A stretch of DNA of 64,000 nucleotides from Candidatus Brevundimonas colombiensis. Lineage in GTDB: Bacteria > Pseudomonadota > Alphaproteobacteria > Caulobacterales > Caulobacteraceae. A model generated the notes under the pieces. It was not told the DNA's origin and searched no databases. It worked only from the letters and a program-made list of their open reading frames with translations. Position numbers and translations under genes: made by a program. Below, one piece after another: positions 27,683 to 35,890 of this stretch (its first letter is position 1; every line of letters begins with the position of its first letter). Location of the stretch: NCBI GenBank assembly GCA_029202665.1, contig CP119326.1, positions 589,092-653,091 on the forward strand, read 5' to 3'.

Positions 27683-28504
27683 ATGGCGACGAGCGAAGGC
27701 TGGGACATGCCCACCGGAGACCTCATGAAGGGCAAGAAGGGCCTGATCATGGGGGTCGCGAACTCCAGCTCCATCGCCTGGGGCATCGCATCGCAACTGG
27801 CCGCCCAGGGCGCCGAACTGGCCTTCACCTATCTGGGTGAAAGCCTGGAGCGCCGCGTGCGCCCCCTGGCCGAAAGCGTCGGCGCTCGCTTGCTTATCCA
27901 GGCCGACGTCACCGACGACGCCTCGATGGACAAGGCGTTCGAGGAACTGGAGAAGGAATTCGGCACGATCGACTTCGTCGTCCACTCGGTCGCCTTCGCC
28001 AACAAGGACGAGCTGAAGGGTTCGTTCGTCGACAACACCACGCGCGACAGCTTTCTGTTGGCCATGAACATCTCGGCCTTCAGCTTCGTGGACGTGGCCA
28101 AGCGTTCGGCCAGGCTGATGCCCAACGGCGGCTCGATGATCACCCTGACCTATCTGGGGTCGGAACGGGTCATTCCGAACTACAACACCATGGGCGTGGC
28201 CAAGGCCGCGCTGGAGGCCGCGACCCGCTATATCGCGCGCGACCTGGGACCGAAGAACATCCGCGTCAACGCCATCTCGGCGGGCGCCATGCGCACCCTG
28301 TCGCTGGCGGGGATTTCGGGCGGACGCGGCCTGCACTCCAAGTCGGCGCAGTTCTCGCTGATCAAGGAAGAGACCTCGATGGAGGGCGTCGCGGGCGCGG
28401 CCCTGTGGCTGTGCTCGGACCTGGGCCGGTCGACCACGGGCGAAGTCGTCCACGTCGATGCGGGCTTCCACGCCGTCGGCCTGCCGGAAGACATCGAAGC
28501 CTGA
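27683..28504 (+). CDS. fabI: Enoyl-ACP reductase; start may be 27707
   Basis: GLIMGVAN..SIAWGIA, VHSVAFA, YNTMGVAKAALE, RVNAISAG. Confidence 0.93.
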   Translation: MATSEGWDMPTGDLMKGKKGLIMGVANSSSIAWGIASQLAAQGAELAFTYLGESLERRVRPLAESVGARLLIQADVTDDASMDKAFEELEKEFGTIDFVVHSVAFANKDELKGSFVDNTTRDSFLLAMNISAFSFVDVAKRSARLMPNGGSMITLTYLGSERVIPNYNTMGVAKAALEAATRYIARDLGPKNIRVNAISAGAMRTLSLAGISGGRGLHSKSAQFSLIKEETSMEGVAGAALWLCSDLGRSTTGEVVHVDAGFHAVGLPEDIEA

Positions 28505-28529
28505 TCCGGACGGATCGGTGAACAAGGAG

Positions 28530-28558
28530 GGGCCGTCGGATCACCGACGGCCCTTTTT
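28530..28558 (+). terminator. Intrinsic terminator after fabI
   Basis: GGGCCGTCGG-ATCA-CCGACGGCCC-TTTTT. Confidence 0.85.
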
Positions 28559-28596
28559 GCTTTCGGGGCGCCACGGCCCCGCCTATCCGTAGAGCC

Positions 28597-29769
28597 ATGA
28601 CGACGCCGCGCCTGCCCCCGCCCGCCAGCTTCTCCGCCGCCGCCGTGGCCACCGTCATCGGCTTCGGCGGCACGGTCGCTCTGGTCGTCCAGGCGGGTCA
28701 GGTGCTGGGGGCCAGCCCCAACCAGATCATTTCGATGGTGACGGCCCTGTGTCTGGGCATCGGCCTGCCGGGGATGCTGCTGAGCTGGCGGTTCAGGATG
28801 CCGGTCGTGCTGGCCTGGTCGACGCCGGGTGCGGCTCTGCTGGCGGCCTCCACGCTGGGTCTGGGGTGGGCCAACGCCGTCGGGGCCTTCGTGTTTGCGG
28901 CCCTGTTGATGGTGCTGACGGGGCTGCTACCCGTGTTGGGGCGGCTGGCGCAGAGGATACCGGCATCCGTGGCCTCGGCCATGCTGGCGGGCGTGCTGCT
29001 GCCGTTCGTGCTGAGGTTGTTCAAGGTCGCGCCGGAAGAGATGGGCCTGGCGGTCGGACTGCTGGCCGTCTTCATCGTCACGCGGCGGATCTGGCCCGCC
29101 TGGGCCCTGCCTGCCGTGCTGGTCGTCGCCTTTGCGGCGCTGGGTTTCAGGGGGGAGATCGGCCTGCCGCCGGGGACAGGCTTGTTCGGCGGTCTGTCCC
29201 CGGTCATGCCCGCCTTCGACTGGACAGTCGCGGTCAGCCTGGGTCTGCCGTTGTTTCTGGTCACCCTGGCCTCGCAAAACCTGCCGGGACTGGTGGTGTT
29301 AAGAGCCGCCGGATATGAGCCGTCCGCCAACCGCCTGATCTTCGCCACAGGCCTGACCAGCCTGATCGCGGCTCCGTTCGGGGCCCACGGCGTCAATCTG
29401 GCCGCCATCACCGCCGCCATATGCACCGGGCCGGACGCCCATCCTGATCCAGCGAAACGATGGATTGTCGGGGTCATCTATGGTGGGTTTTATGTGGTGG
29501 TGGCGCTGTTCGCGGCGCCTCTGGCCGGACTGTTCATAGCCATGCCGCCTGCGGTGCTGGCGATCATAACGGGCTTGGCCCTGATCGCCGCCCTGACCGG
29601 GGCGCTGGGGGCCATGCTGGCCAAGCCGGACGAGCGGGAGGCGGCCGTCCTGACCTTCGCCGCCACGGGATCGGGCGTCGCCCTGTTCGGGATCGGCTCC
29701 GCCTTCTGGGGGCTGGTCGTGGGGTTCGCCGCCCTGGCGGCGATGCGCTGGATCAGACCGACGGCCTGA
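28597..29769 (+). CDS. benE: BenE family benzoate/H+ symporter
   Basis: PVVLAWSTPGAALL, ASAMLAGVLLPF, LASQNLPG, NLAAITAAIC, IGSAFWGL. Confidence 0.9.
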   Translation: MTTPRLPPPASFSAAAVATVIGFGGTVALVVQAGQVLGASPNQIISMVTALCLGIGLPGMLLSWRFRMPVVLAWSTPGAALLAASTLGLGWANAVGAFVFAALLMVLTGLLPVLGRLAQRIPASVASAMLAGVLLPFVLRLFKVAPEEMGLAVGLLAVFIVTRRIWPAWALPAVLVVAFAALGFRGEIGLPPGTGLFGGLSPVMPAFDWTVAVSLGLPLFLVTLASQNLPGLVVLRAAGYEPSANRLIFATGLTSLIAAPFGAHGVNLAAITAAICTGPDAHPDPAKRWIVGVIYGGFYVVVALFAAPLAGLFIAMPPAVLAIITGLALIAALTGALGAMLAKPDEREAAVLTFAATGSGVALFGIGSAFWGLVVGFAALAAMRWIRPTA

Positions 29770-29787
29770 CCCAGCGTCGCTTCTTTC

Positions 29788-30052
29788 TTTGGCCTACCGC
29801 GCTCCGCGCTGCTTGAGGCCGGCTATTTGGCCTACCGCGCTTCGCGCTGCTTGAGGCCGGCTATTTGGCCTACCGCGCTTCGCGCTGCTTGAGGCCGGCT
29901 ATTTGGCCTACCGCGCTTCGCGCTGCTTGAGGCCGGCTATTTGGCCTACCGCGCTTCGCGCTGCTTGAGGCCGGCTATTTGGCCTACCGCGCTTCGCGCT
30001 GCTTGAGGCCGACTATTTGGCCTACCGCGCTTCGCGCTGCTTGAGGCCGGCT
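29788..30052. repeat. Tandem array of 7 x 38-bp structured repeat (no spacers)
   Basis: Unit TTTGGCCTACCGCGCTTCGCGCTGCTTGAGGCCGGCTA starting at 29788, 29826, 29864, 29902, 29940, 29978 and 30016; single substitutions in copies 1 and 6. Confidence 0.97.
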
Positions 30053-30432
30053 TAGTCGCGCAGCGAGGCCGGGACCTGGCCGCCGTTTTCGGCCAGCTTG
30101 CGCCAGACCGCCTTGGACAGGGCGATGTTCTGTTCGGCCGAGCCGTGTTCCCCAGCGTGGACGTTAAGCTCCTCGGCCAGTTCCTTGCGGGCAGACAGGC
30201 TGGAATCGAGGTCGAGCAGCTTCAGCAGATCGACGATCGAGGTGCGCCAGTTGCCGCCGCCGCCCTTGTTGGCCGCCAGACCGCTCAGAACGGCTTCGAC
30301 GTCGACAGGCGGCAGGGCCGCGGGCGCAGCAGTCGGCGCAGCGCCTGCCGGCGCGGCGGTCGGTGCAGGGGCCGGAGCCGCCGCAGGCTTGTGGTTGGTG
30401 ATCTTGTTCCAGATCGAAGAGAAGATGCCCAT
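30052..30432 (-). CDS. DUF3597 family protein
   Basis: MGIFSSIWNKI, Ala/Pro linker, VDVEAVL, NWRTSIVDLLKLLDLDSSLSARKELA. Confidence 0.88.
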   Translation of the reverse strand: MGIFSSIWNKITNHKPAAAPAPAPTAAPAGAAPTAAPAALPPVDVEAVLSGLAANKGGGGNWRTSIVDLLKLLDLDSSLSARKELAEELNVHAGEHGSAEQNIALSKAVWRKLAENGGQVPASLRD

Positions 30433-30463
30433 TGGGGAGTGGCTCCTGTTGAGGTTGCGGACT

Positions 30464-30488
30464 AACGCAACCGGAACAGTATGGTTCA
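30464..30488 (-). promoter_or_regulatory. SigT/EcfG-type promoter for the DUF3597 gene
   Basis: TGAAC-N16-CGTT on the minus strand; the -35 overlaps the GST stop codon. Confidence 0.6.
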
Positions 30489-31202
30489 TGTTCGTGACGG
30501 AATCTCAAGCCCGCGTTTCACAGCCGGCCGGGCCAGCCCGCGCTCCAGCCACGCGGCGACGTGCGGGAAATCCTTGAACCCCACGATATCGCCCGCCTCA
30601 TAGAAGCCGATCAGGTTGCGGACCCAGCCCAGGGTGGCGATGTCGGCGATGGAATAGTCGCCGACGATCCAGTCGCGGGGCGCGCCGCCCTCGTTGGCCA
30701 GCCGCGTCTCCAGCACGCCCAGCAGACGACGGGATTCGGCGACGTAGCGATCGCGCGGGCGCTTGTCCTCATATTCGCGACCGGCGAAGCGGTGGAAAAA
30801 GCCCAACTGGCCGAACATCGGGCCGACGGCCCCCATCTGGAACATCAGCCACTGGATCGTTTCGTAGCGGGTCGCGGGATCGGCCGAGAGCAGTTTGCCG
30901 CTCTTCTCAGCCAGATAGATCAGGATGGCGCCGGATTCGAACAGGGCCAGCGGCTGGCCGCCGGGACCATCGGGGTCGATGATGGCGGGGATCTTGCCAT
31001 TGGGGTTCAGCGACAGAAACTCCGGTCCCCAGGTTTCATTGGCCATGATGTCGATCAGGTGCGGCTCATAGGCCAGGCCGATCTCTTCCAGCATGATGGA
31101 GACCTTCACCCCGTTGGGCGTCGGCAGCGAATAGAGCTGGATGCGGTCGGGATGCTGGGCGGGCCAGCGCCGGGTGATCGGAAAGACGGACAGGTCGGTC
31201 AT
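30486..31202 (-). CDS. Glutathione S-transferase (YfcG/Nu-class-like)
   Basis: LYSLPTPNG, NPNGKIPAI, LFESGAILIYLA, WLMFQMG..GP. Confidence 0.92.
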   Translation of the reverse strand: MTDLSVFPITRRWPAQHPDRIQLYSLPTPNGVKVSIMLEEIGLAYEPHLIDIMANETWGPEFLSLNPNGKIPAIIDPDGPGGQPLALFESGAILIYLAEKSGKLLSADPATRYETIQWLMFQMGAVGPMFGQLGFFHRFAGREYEDKRPRDRYVAESRRLLGVLETRLANEGGAPRDWIVGDYSIADIATLGWVRNLIGFYEAGDIVGFKDFPHVAAWLERGLARPAVKRGLEIPSRT

Positions 31203-31365
31203 GGGGGCGAACCTTTGGCGGTTGAACCTCCCATGTCGGTAGGGCGCCGCGCTTTAGCAACCGCGTTGGGCGCCGTTTTGATCGCGCGCTTGTGTCTGGA
31301 ACCGCACACGCAGCGGCGCCAGCTTGGCCGTGACCGACAGTCGGTCGAAGTCATGGAGACGCCCG

Positions 31366-31539
31366 ATGGCGCACAAGTTCGAAGTCTATAAGGACAAGGC
31401 GGGCGAATACCGCGTCCGCTTCAAATACAATTCCGAGATCATCTTCTCGACCGAAGGCTATTCCGACAAGTCGGGCGCCAAACGGGCGATCGAATCGATC
31501 AAGAAACATGTCGGCGACGCGCCGGTCGAGGACGCATAA
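31366..31539 (+). CDS. DUF1508/YegP family small protein
   Basis: FEVYKDKAGEYRVRFK.NSEII..TEGYSDK..AKRAIESIK. Confidence 0.88.
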   Translation: MAHKFEVYKDKAGEYRVRFKYNSEIIFSTEGYSDKSGAKRAIESIKKHVGDAPVEDA

Positions 31540-31556
31540 GGACGAAGCAGCCTGCC

Positions 31557-32084
31557 CTAGTCGGGTTCGCGCTCGCCCACCTCGGTCGGCGGCGCCGCCA
31601 TTAACCAGCCGTCGGCCAGATGCAGTTCGGGCGTGGCTTCCTTGGTGAAGGGCAGATACCAGGTCGGGCCGCCCGTCTCGGGCGCGATCTCCAGCATGTC
31701 GTCGGCGCCGAAGTTCTGGACCGACTTCACCGCGCCCAGCACGGCGCCGGCGACATCGCGTACCTCCACGCCTAGAAGATCCGCGAGATAGAACTCGTCC
31801 TCTTCCGGCTCAGGAAAGCGGTCGCGGGGCACGTGCAGCTTCAGACCGCGCAGGGCGTCGGCCTGTTCCTTTGTGGCGATCTCCTTGGCGCGGCCGACGA
31901 CGCCGTTCTTGTCGGGCCGGGTCGAGGTCAAGGTCAGGGCCACGGAACCATCGGCGCGCAGCAGCGGGCCATAGGCGGTCAGGGCCAGGGGATCGGCGGT
32001 GAAGGCGGTCACCCGCACCTCGCCCCGCACCCCGAAACCGCCGCCGACCTGGCCGACGAGGATCAATCTGCTGTCCGTGGTCAT
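31557..32084 (-). CDS. rimM: 16S rRNA processing protein RimM
   Basis: GGFGVRGEV, EFYLADLLG, NFGADDMLEI, LPFTKEA. Confidence 0.93.
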   Translation of the reverse strand: MTTDSRLILVGQVGGGFGVRGEVRVTAFTADPLALTAYGPLLRADGSVALTLTSTRPDKNGVVGRAKEIATKEQADALRGLKLHVPRDRFPEPEEDEFYLADLLGVEVRDVAGAVLGAVKSVQNFGADDMLEIAPETGGPTWYLPFTKEATPELHLADGWLMAAPPTEVGEREPD

Positions 32085-32102
32085 CTCTGTCCTTAACGCA
32101 TG

Positions 32103-32130
32103 AAAAAGGCGGCGCCGAAAGACGCCGCCT
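32103..32130 (-). terminator. Intrinsic terminator between rpsP and rimM
   Basis: Minus strand AGGCGGCG-loop-CGCCGCCT followed by TTTT. Confidence 0.75.
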
Positions 32131-32153
32131 CGATCATCGTCGAACCGAAAGGC

Positions 32154-32705
32154 TTAGCCTTCGGCCTTTTCCTCGGTGGCTTCGGCAGCCGGAGCCTCTT
32201 CAGCGGCGACGTCAGCGGCCGGGGCCTCTTCGGCAGGGACGTCTTCAGCAGCGGGGGCGTTCTTGGCGGCTTCGGCGGCGGCGGCGGCCTCTTCCTTGGC
32301 GCGGGCGGCGGCTTCAGCGGCCTCGACCTTGGCGGCGGCTTCGGCTTCCAGGCGGTCGGCTTCGCGCTGGGCGCGCTCGGCGGCGCGCTCTTGCGCCTTC
32401 TTGCCGGGCTGGGCCTTGTTCGGGTTGTTGGACTGGGTCCACTTGACCTTCTGGCCCAGGGTCTCGTCCTGCGACAGGAAGCGAGCGACGCGGTCGGTCG
32501 GCTGGGCGCCCTTGCCGAGCCATTCGGCGATGCGTTCAACCTTCAGTGCGACGCGCGGCTGGGCGCCGTCCTTGGGCAGCATCGGGTTGTAGGAGCCGAC
32601 CTTCTCGATGAACTTGCCGTCGCGGGGCGAGTGCGAGTCGGCGACGACGATGTGGTAGTAGGGGCGCTTCTTGGCGCCGCCGCGGGCCAGACGAATCTTC
32701 AGCAT
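32154..32705 (-). CDS. rpsP: 30S ribosomal protein S16 with Ala/Glu-rich C-terminal extension
   Basis: [47 protein letters not shown]. Confidence 0.97.
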   Translation of the reverse strand: MLKIRLARGGAKKRPYYHIVVADSHSPRDGKFIEKVGSYNPMLPKDGAQPRVALKVERIAEWLGKGAQPTDRVARFLSQDETLGQKVKWTQSNNPNKAQPGKKAQERAAERAQREADRLEAEAAAKVEAAEAAARAKEEAAAAAEAAKNAPAAEDVPAEEAPAADVAAEEAPAAEATEEKAEG

Positions 32706-32729
32706 TTCAAGTCTCTTTCTAGGAAGTCG

Positions 32730-34280
32730 TTATTTCTTGGGAGGGAAGCCGGGAAGGCCCGGAAGGCCTCCCGGAAGTTGTCCGCCGCCCCCGAGAGGGT
32801 TTCCAAGCCCGGCGAGCCGGTCCTGGATGGCTTTCAGATCGTCGGCGGAGGGTTCGGCCATCTTGCCGCCGCCCAGCGCCTTGAGGCGGGCCATGTCGGG
32901 GCCGCCGCCGCCCATGCCGGGCATTCCGCCGCCGAGACCGCCCAGCATGGCGGCCATCTGCTGCATCTTCTTGGGTCCGCCGCGCGCCATCGACTTGACC
33001 ACATCGGCCATCTGGCGGTGCTGTTTCAGAACCCGGTTCACGTCCTGCACATCGACCCCTGCGCCCGCCGCGATCCGCTTCTTGCGGCTGGCGTTCAGCA
33101 GGTCCGGCTTCTTGCGCTCGGCCTTGGTCATGGAGGAGATGATGGCTTCCTGACGCAGGATCATGCGGTCGTCGATGCCGCTGTCGGCCATCTGGTTCTT
33201 CATCTTGGCCACGCCGGGCAGCATGCCCATGATGCCCTGAAGACCGCCCATCTTCTTCATCTGCTGAAGCTGACCGGCCAGATCGTCCAGATCGAACTGG
33301 CCCTTGGCCAGCTTCCTGGCCATCTTCTCGGCCTTGGCCTGATCCAGGTCCTGGCTGGCCTTTTCGACCAGGGCGACGATATCGCCCTGCCCCAGGATGC
33401 GGCCGGCGACGCGGCGGGCGTCGAAGACGTCCAGCGCATCGACCTTTTCGCCGGCGCCTAGATATTTGATCGGCAGGCCGGTGACGGCTCGCATCGACAA
33501 CATGGCGCCGCCGCGCCCGTCGCCGTCGGCGCGGGTCAGGACCAGACCCGTCAGGGGCAGGCGCTCATGGAAGGCCTTGGCCGTGCGGACCGCGTCCTGG
33601 CCGGTCAGGCTGTCGGCGACCAGCAGGGTCTCGACCGGCTTGGAGATCTCGGCGACCTCGGCCACCTCGTTCATCAGCCCTTCGTCCAGGGTGATGCGGC
33701 CGGCGGTGTCCAGGATCAGAACGTCGAAGCCCTGAAGCTTGGCGGCGGTCAGGGCGCGCCTGGTGATCTGGACCGCGCTCTCGCCCTGAACGATGGGCAG
33801 GGTCGCGACCTCGATCTGTTTGCCCAGGGTGGCCAGCTGCTCCATCGCGGCCGGACGGCGCGTATCGAGCGAGGCCATCATGACCTTCTTGCGATCGAAC
33901 TTGGTCAGGCGCAGCGCCAGCTTGGCCGAGGTCGTGGTCTTGCCCGAGCCCTGCAGACCGGCCATCAGCACGACGGCGGGCGGATTGGCGTTGGTATTAA
34001 GAGGGACAGGCTCTTCGCCGCCCAGCATCTCGATCAGGCCGTCATAGACGATCTTGACCACCTGGTCGGCGGGCTTGACCGAACGGATGACTTCTTCGCC
34101 GGTGGCGCGTTCGGTGGCGAAGGCGATGAATTCCTTGACGACCGGCAGGGCGACGTCGGCCTCGAGCAGGGCCACGCGCACCTCGCGCATCGCCTCGGCG
34201 ACATCCTTTTCGGACAGGGCGCCGCGGCCGGTGATCCGGTCGAAGACGCCTGTCAGCCGCTCGTTCAGAGCCTCGAACAT
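32730..34280 (-). CDS. ffh: Signal recognition particle protein Ffh
   Basis: ALLEADV, GLQGSGKTTT, DTAGR, DGDGRGGA, M-domain RKKRIAAGAG. Confidence 0.98.
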   Translation of the reverse strand: MFEALNERLTGVFDRITGRGALSEKDVAEAMREVRVALLEADVALPVVKEFIAFATERATGEEVIRSVKPADQVVKIVYDGLIEMLGGEEPVPLNTNANPPAVVLMAGLQGSGKTTTSAKLALRLTKFDRKKVMMASLDTRRPAAMEQLATLGKQIEVATLPIVQGESAVQITRRALTAAKLQGFDVLILDTAGRITLDEGLMNEVAEVAEISKPVETLLVADSLTGQDAVRTAKAFHERLPLTGLVLTRADGDGRGGAMLSMRAVTGLPIKYLGAGEKVDALDVFDARRVAGRILGQGDIVALVEKASQDLDQAKAEKMARKLAKGQFDLDDLAGQLQQMKKMGGLQGIMGMLPGVAKMKNQMADSGIDDRMILRQEAIISSMTKAERKKPDLLNASRKKRIAAGAGVDVQDVNRVLKQHRQMADVVKSMARGGPKKMQQMAAMLGGLGGGMPGMGGGGPDMARLKALGGGKMAEPSADDLKAIQDRLAGLGNPLGGGGQLPGGLPGLPGFPPKK

Positions 34281-34284
34281 TCAC

Positions 34285-34370
34285 TACCTCATATCGACGG
34301 GTGAAACGGCTCCATACGACAACGGCCCCCGGCGACGATCACGTCGGCGGAGGGTTCTCGCCCACCTCGT
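34285..34370 (-). promoter_or_regulatory. Candidate ffh leader RNA motif
   Basis: Hairpin CCUCCG-C-CGACG-UGAU-CGUCG-C-CGGGGG (34353-34326) in the ffh 5' region, where an alphaproteobacterial ffh motif is known to lie. Confidence 0.5.
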
Positions 34371-34380
34371 TCCTTTTTGC

Positions 34381-34450
34381 GGGCTATCGGCCTTGCGGCC
34401 TGCTTGAGCCCGAGAGGGCTGTGCTCAAGCAGCGCGAAGCGCGGTAGCAC
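34381..34450. repeat. Inverted pair of variants of the 38-bp-array element
   Basis: GGGC-TATCG-GCCTTGCGGC-CTGCTTGA-GCCC (+, 34381-34411) and GTGC-TACCG-CGCTTCGCG-CTGCTTGA-GCAC (-, 34450-34421). Confidence 0.85.
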
Positions 34451-34671
34451 GACAAAAAAGCTGTCGTGTGGGTGGAGACGCGAGGTTCACTTGCGTCGGA
34501 AGCGGCGGCTTATGAAGGAAAACAGGCGAGAAGGCAACCACGGCGAGTCAATCGCGCTATAAGCCCGGTGCGCGCCAAGGCATTTAGCGGATTGTCATCA
34601 TCGTGCTAAGAGCCGCGCCCTTTATAGGGGCGGCGTTGTCGCCAGGGTTTCAGACTTCGGGAGAAGCACGA

Positions 34672-35877
34672 ATGAGCAAGGTGCTGGTTATCGGCGCAGG
34701 CGGCGTCAGTTCGGTGGCCGTCCACAAGATGGCGATGAATACGGACATCTTCTCGCATATCACCCTGGCCAGCCGCACCAAGTCCAAGTGCGACGCCATC
34801 GCCGAGTCCGTGAAGTCGCGTTTCGGCGTGACCATCGACACGGCGGCCATCGACGCCGACGACGTGGCGGCGACCACGGCGCTGATCCAGTCGGTCCAGC
34901 CCCAACTGGTCGTGAACCTGGCCCTGCCCTATCAGGACCTGTCGATCATGGACGCCTGTCTGGCGGCGGGCGTCGACTATCTGGACACCGCCAACTACGA
35001 GCCGCGCGACGAGGCCAAGTTCGAATACAAGTGGCAGTGGGCCTATCAGGACCGCTTCAAGGACGCCGGCCTGATGGCGCTGCTGGGTTCGGGCTTCGAC
35101 CCCGGCGTGACCTCGGTCTTCACCACCTACGTCAAGAAGCACCTGCTGGATTCCATCGAGACGCTGGACATCCTGGACTGCAACGGCGGCGACACCGGCC
35201 TGCCCTTCGCGACCAATTTCAACCCCGAGATCAACCTGCGCGAAGTGACCGCCAACTCGCGTCACTGGGAGAACGGCCAGTGGGTCGAGGGCCCGGCGCT
35301 GAGCCACAAACAGACTTTCGACTTCGAGGGCGTGGGTCAGAAGAACATGTACCTCATGTATCATGAGGAGCTGGAATCGCTGGCGAAATTCTATCCAGAG
35401 ATCAAGCGCATCCGCTTCTGGATGACGTTCGGCGACAGCTATCTGAAGCACCTGGAGGTGCTGGAAAACATCGGCATGACCTCGATCGAGCCGATGGCGT
35501 TCCAGGGCCGCGAGATCATTCCGATCGAGTTCCTGAAGGCCCTGCTGCCGGAACCCGCCTCGCTGGGTCCGATCACCAAGGGCAAGACCAATATCGGCGT
35601 CATCGCCACCGGCCTGAAGGACGGGGTCAGGAAGACGGTTTACGTCAACAACATCTGCGACCACGAAGAGGCCTATGCCGAGACCGGCAACCAGGCCGTC
35701 AGCTATACCACCGGCGTTCCGGCCATGATCGGCGCGGCCCTGATGGTGACGGGCCAGTGGAAGGGCGACGGCGTGTTCAACATGGAGCAGCTGGACCCCG
35801 ATCCCTTCATGGACATGCTGAACCAGCACGGCCTGCCGTGGAAGGTTCAGGACCTGGACGCCCCTCTGGACTTCTGA
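34672..35877 (+). CDS. Carboxy(nor)spermidine dehydrogenase (saccharopine dehydrogenase family)
   Basis: VIGAGGV, NLALPYQDL, YLDTANYE, GSGFDPG, FATNFNPEINLRE; directly upstream of nspC. Confidence 0.9.
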   Translation: MSKVLVIGAGGVSSVAVHKMAMNTDIFSHITLASRTKSKCDAIAESVKSRFGVTIDTAAIDADDVAATTALIQSVQPQLVVNLALPYQDLSIMDACLAAGVDYLDTANYEPRDEAKFEYKWQWAYQDRFKDAGLMALLGSGFDPGVTSVFTTYVKKHLLDSIETLDILDCNGGDTGLPFATNFNPEINLREVTANSRHWENGQWVEGPALSHKQTFDFEGVGQKNMYLMYHEELESLAKFYPEIKRIRFWMTFGDSYLKHLEVLENIGMTSIEPMAFQGREIIPIEFLKALLPEPASLGPITKGKTNIGVIATGLKDGVRKTVYVNNICDHEEAYAETGNQAVSYTTGVPAMIGAALMVTGQWKGDGVFNMEQLDPDPFMDMLNQHGLPWKVQDLDAPLDF

Positions 35878-35890
35878 TCGGAGCCGCTGA

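Noticed and set aside
29788-30052. CRISPR array
   Set aside because: The 38-bp units are contiguous with no unique spacers, and there is no cas gene or AT-rich leader in the window.
31298-31325. SigT promoter for the DUF1508 gene
   Set aside because: GGAAC is present, but no CGTT follows at 16-17 nt spacing.
32154-32400. Long Ala/Glu-rich S16 extension as a novelty
   Set aside because: C-terminal extensions on S16 are common in alphaproteobacteria and actinobacteria.
34281-34560. SRP RNA gene (ffs) next to ffh
   Set aside because: The helix-8 signature CAGG...GGAA...GCAG is not present.
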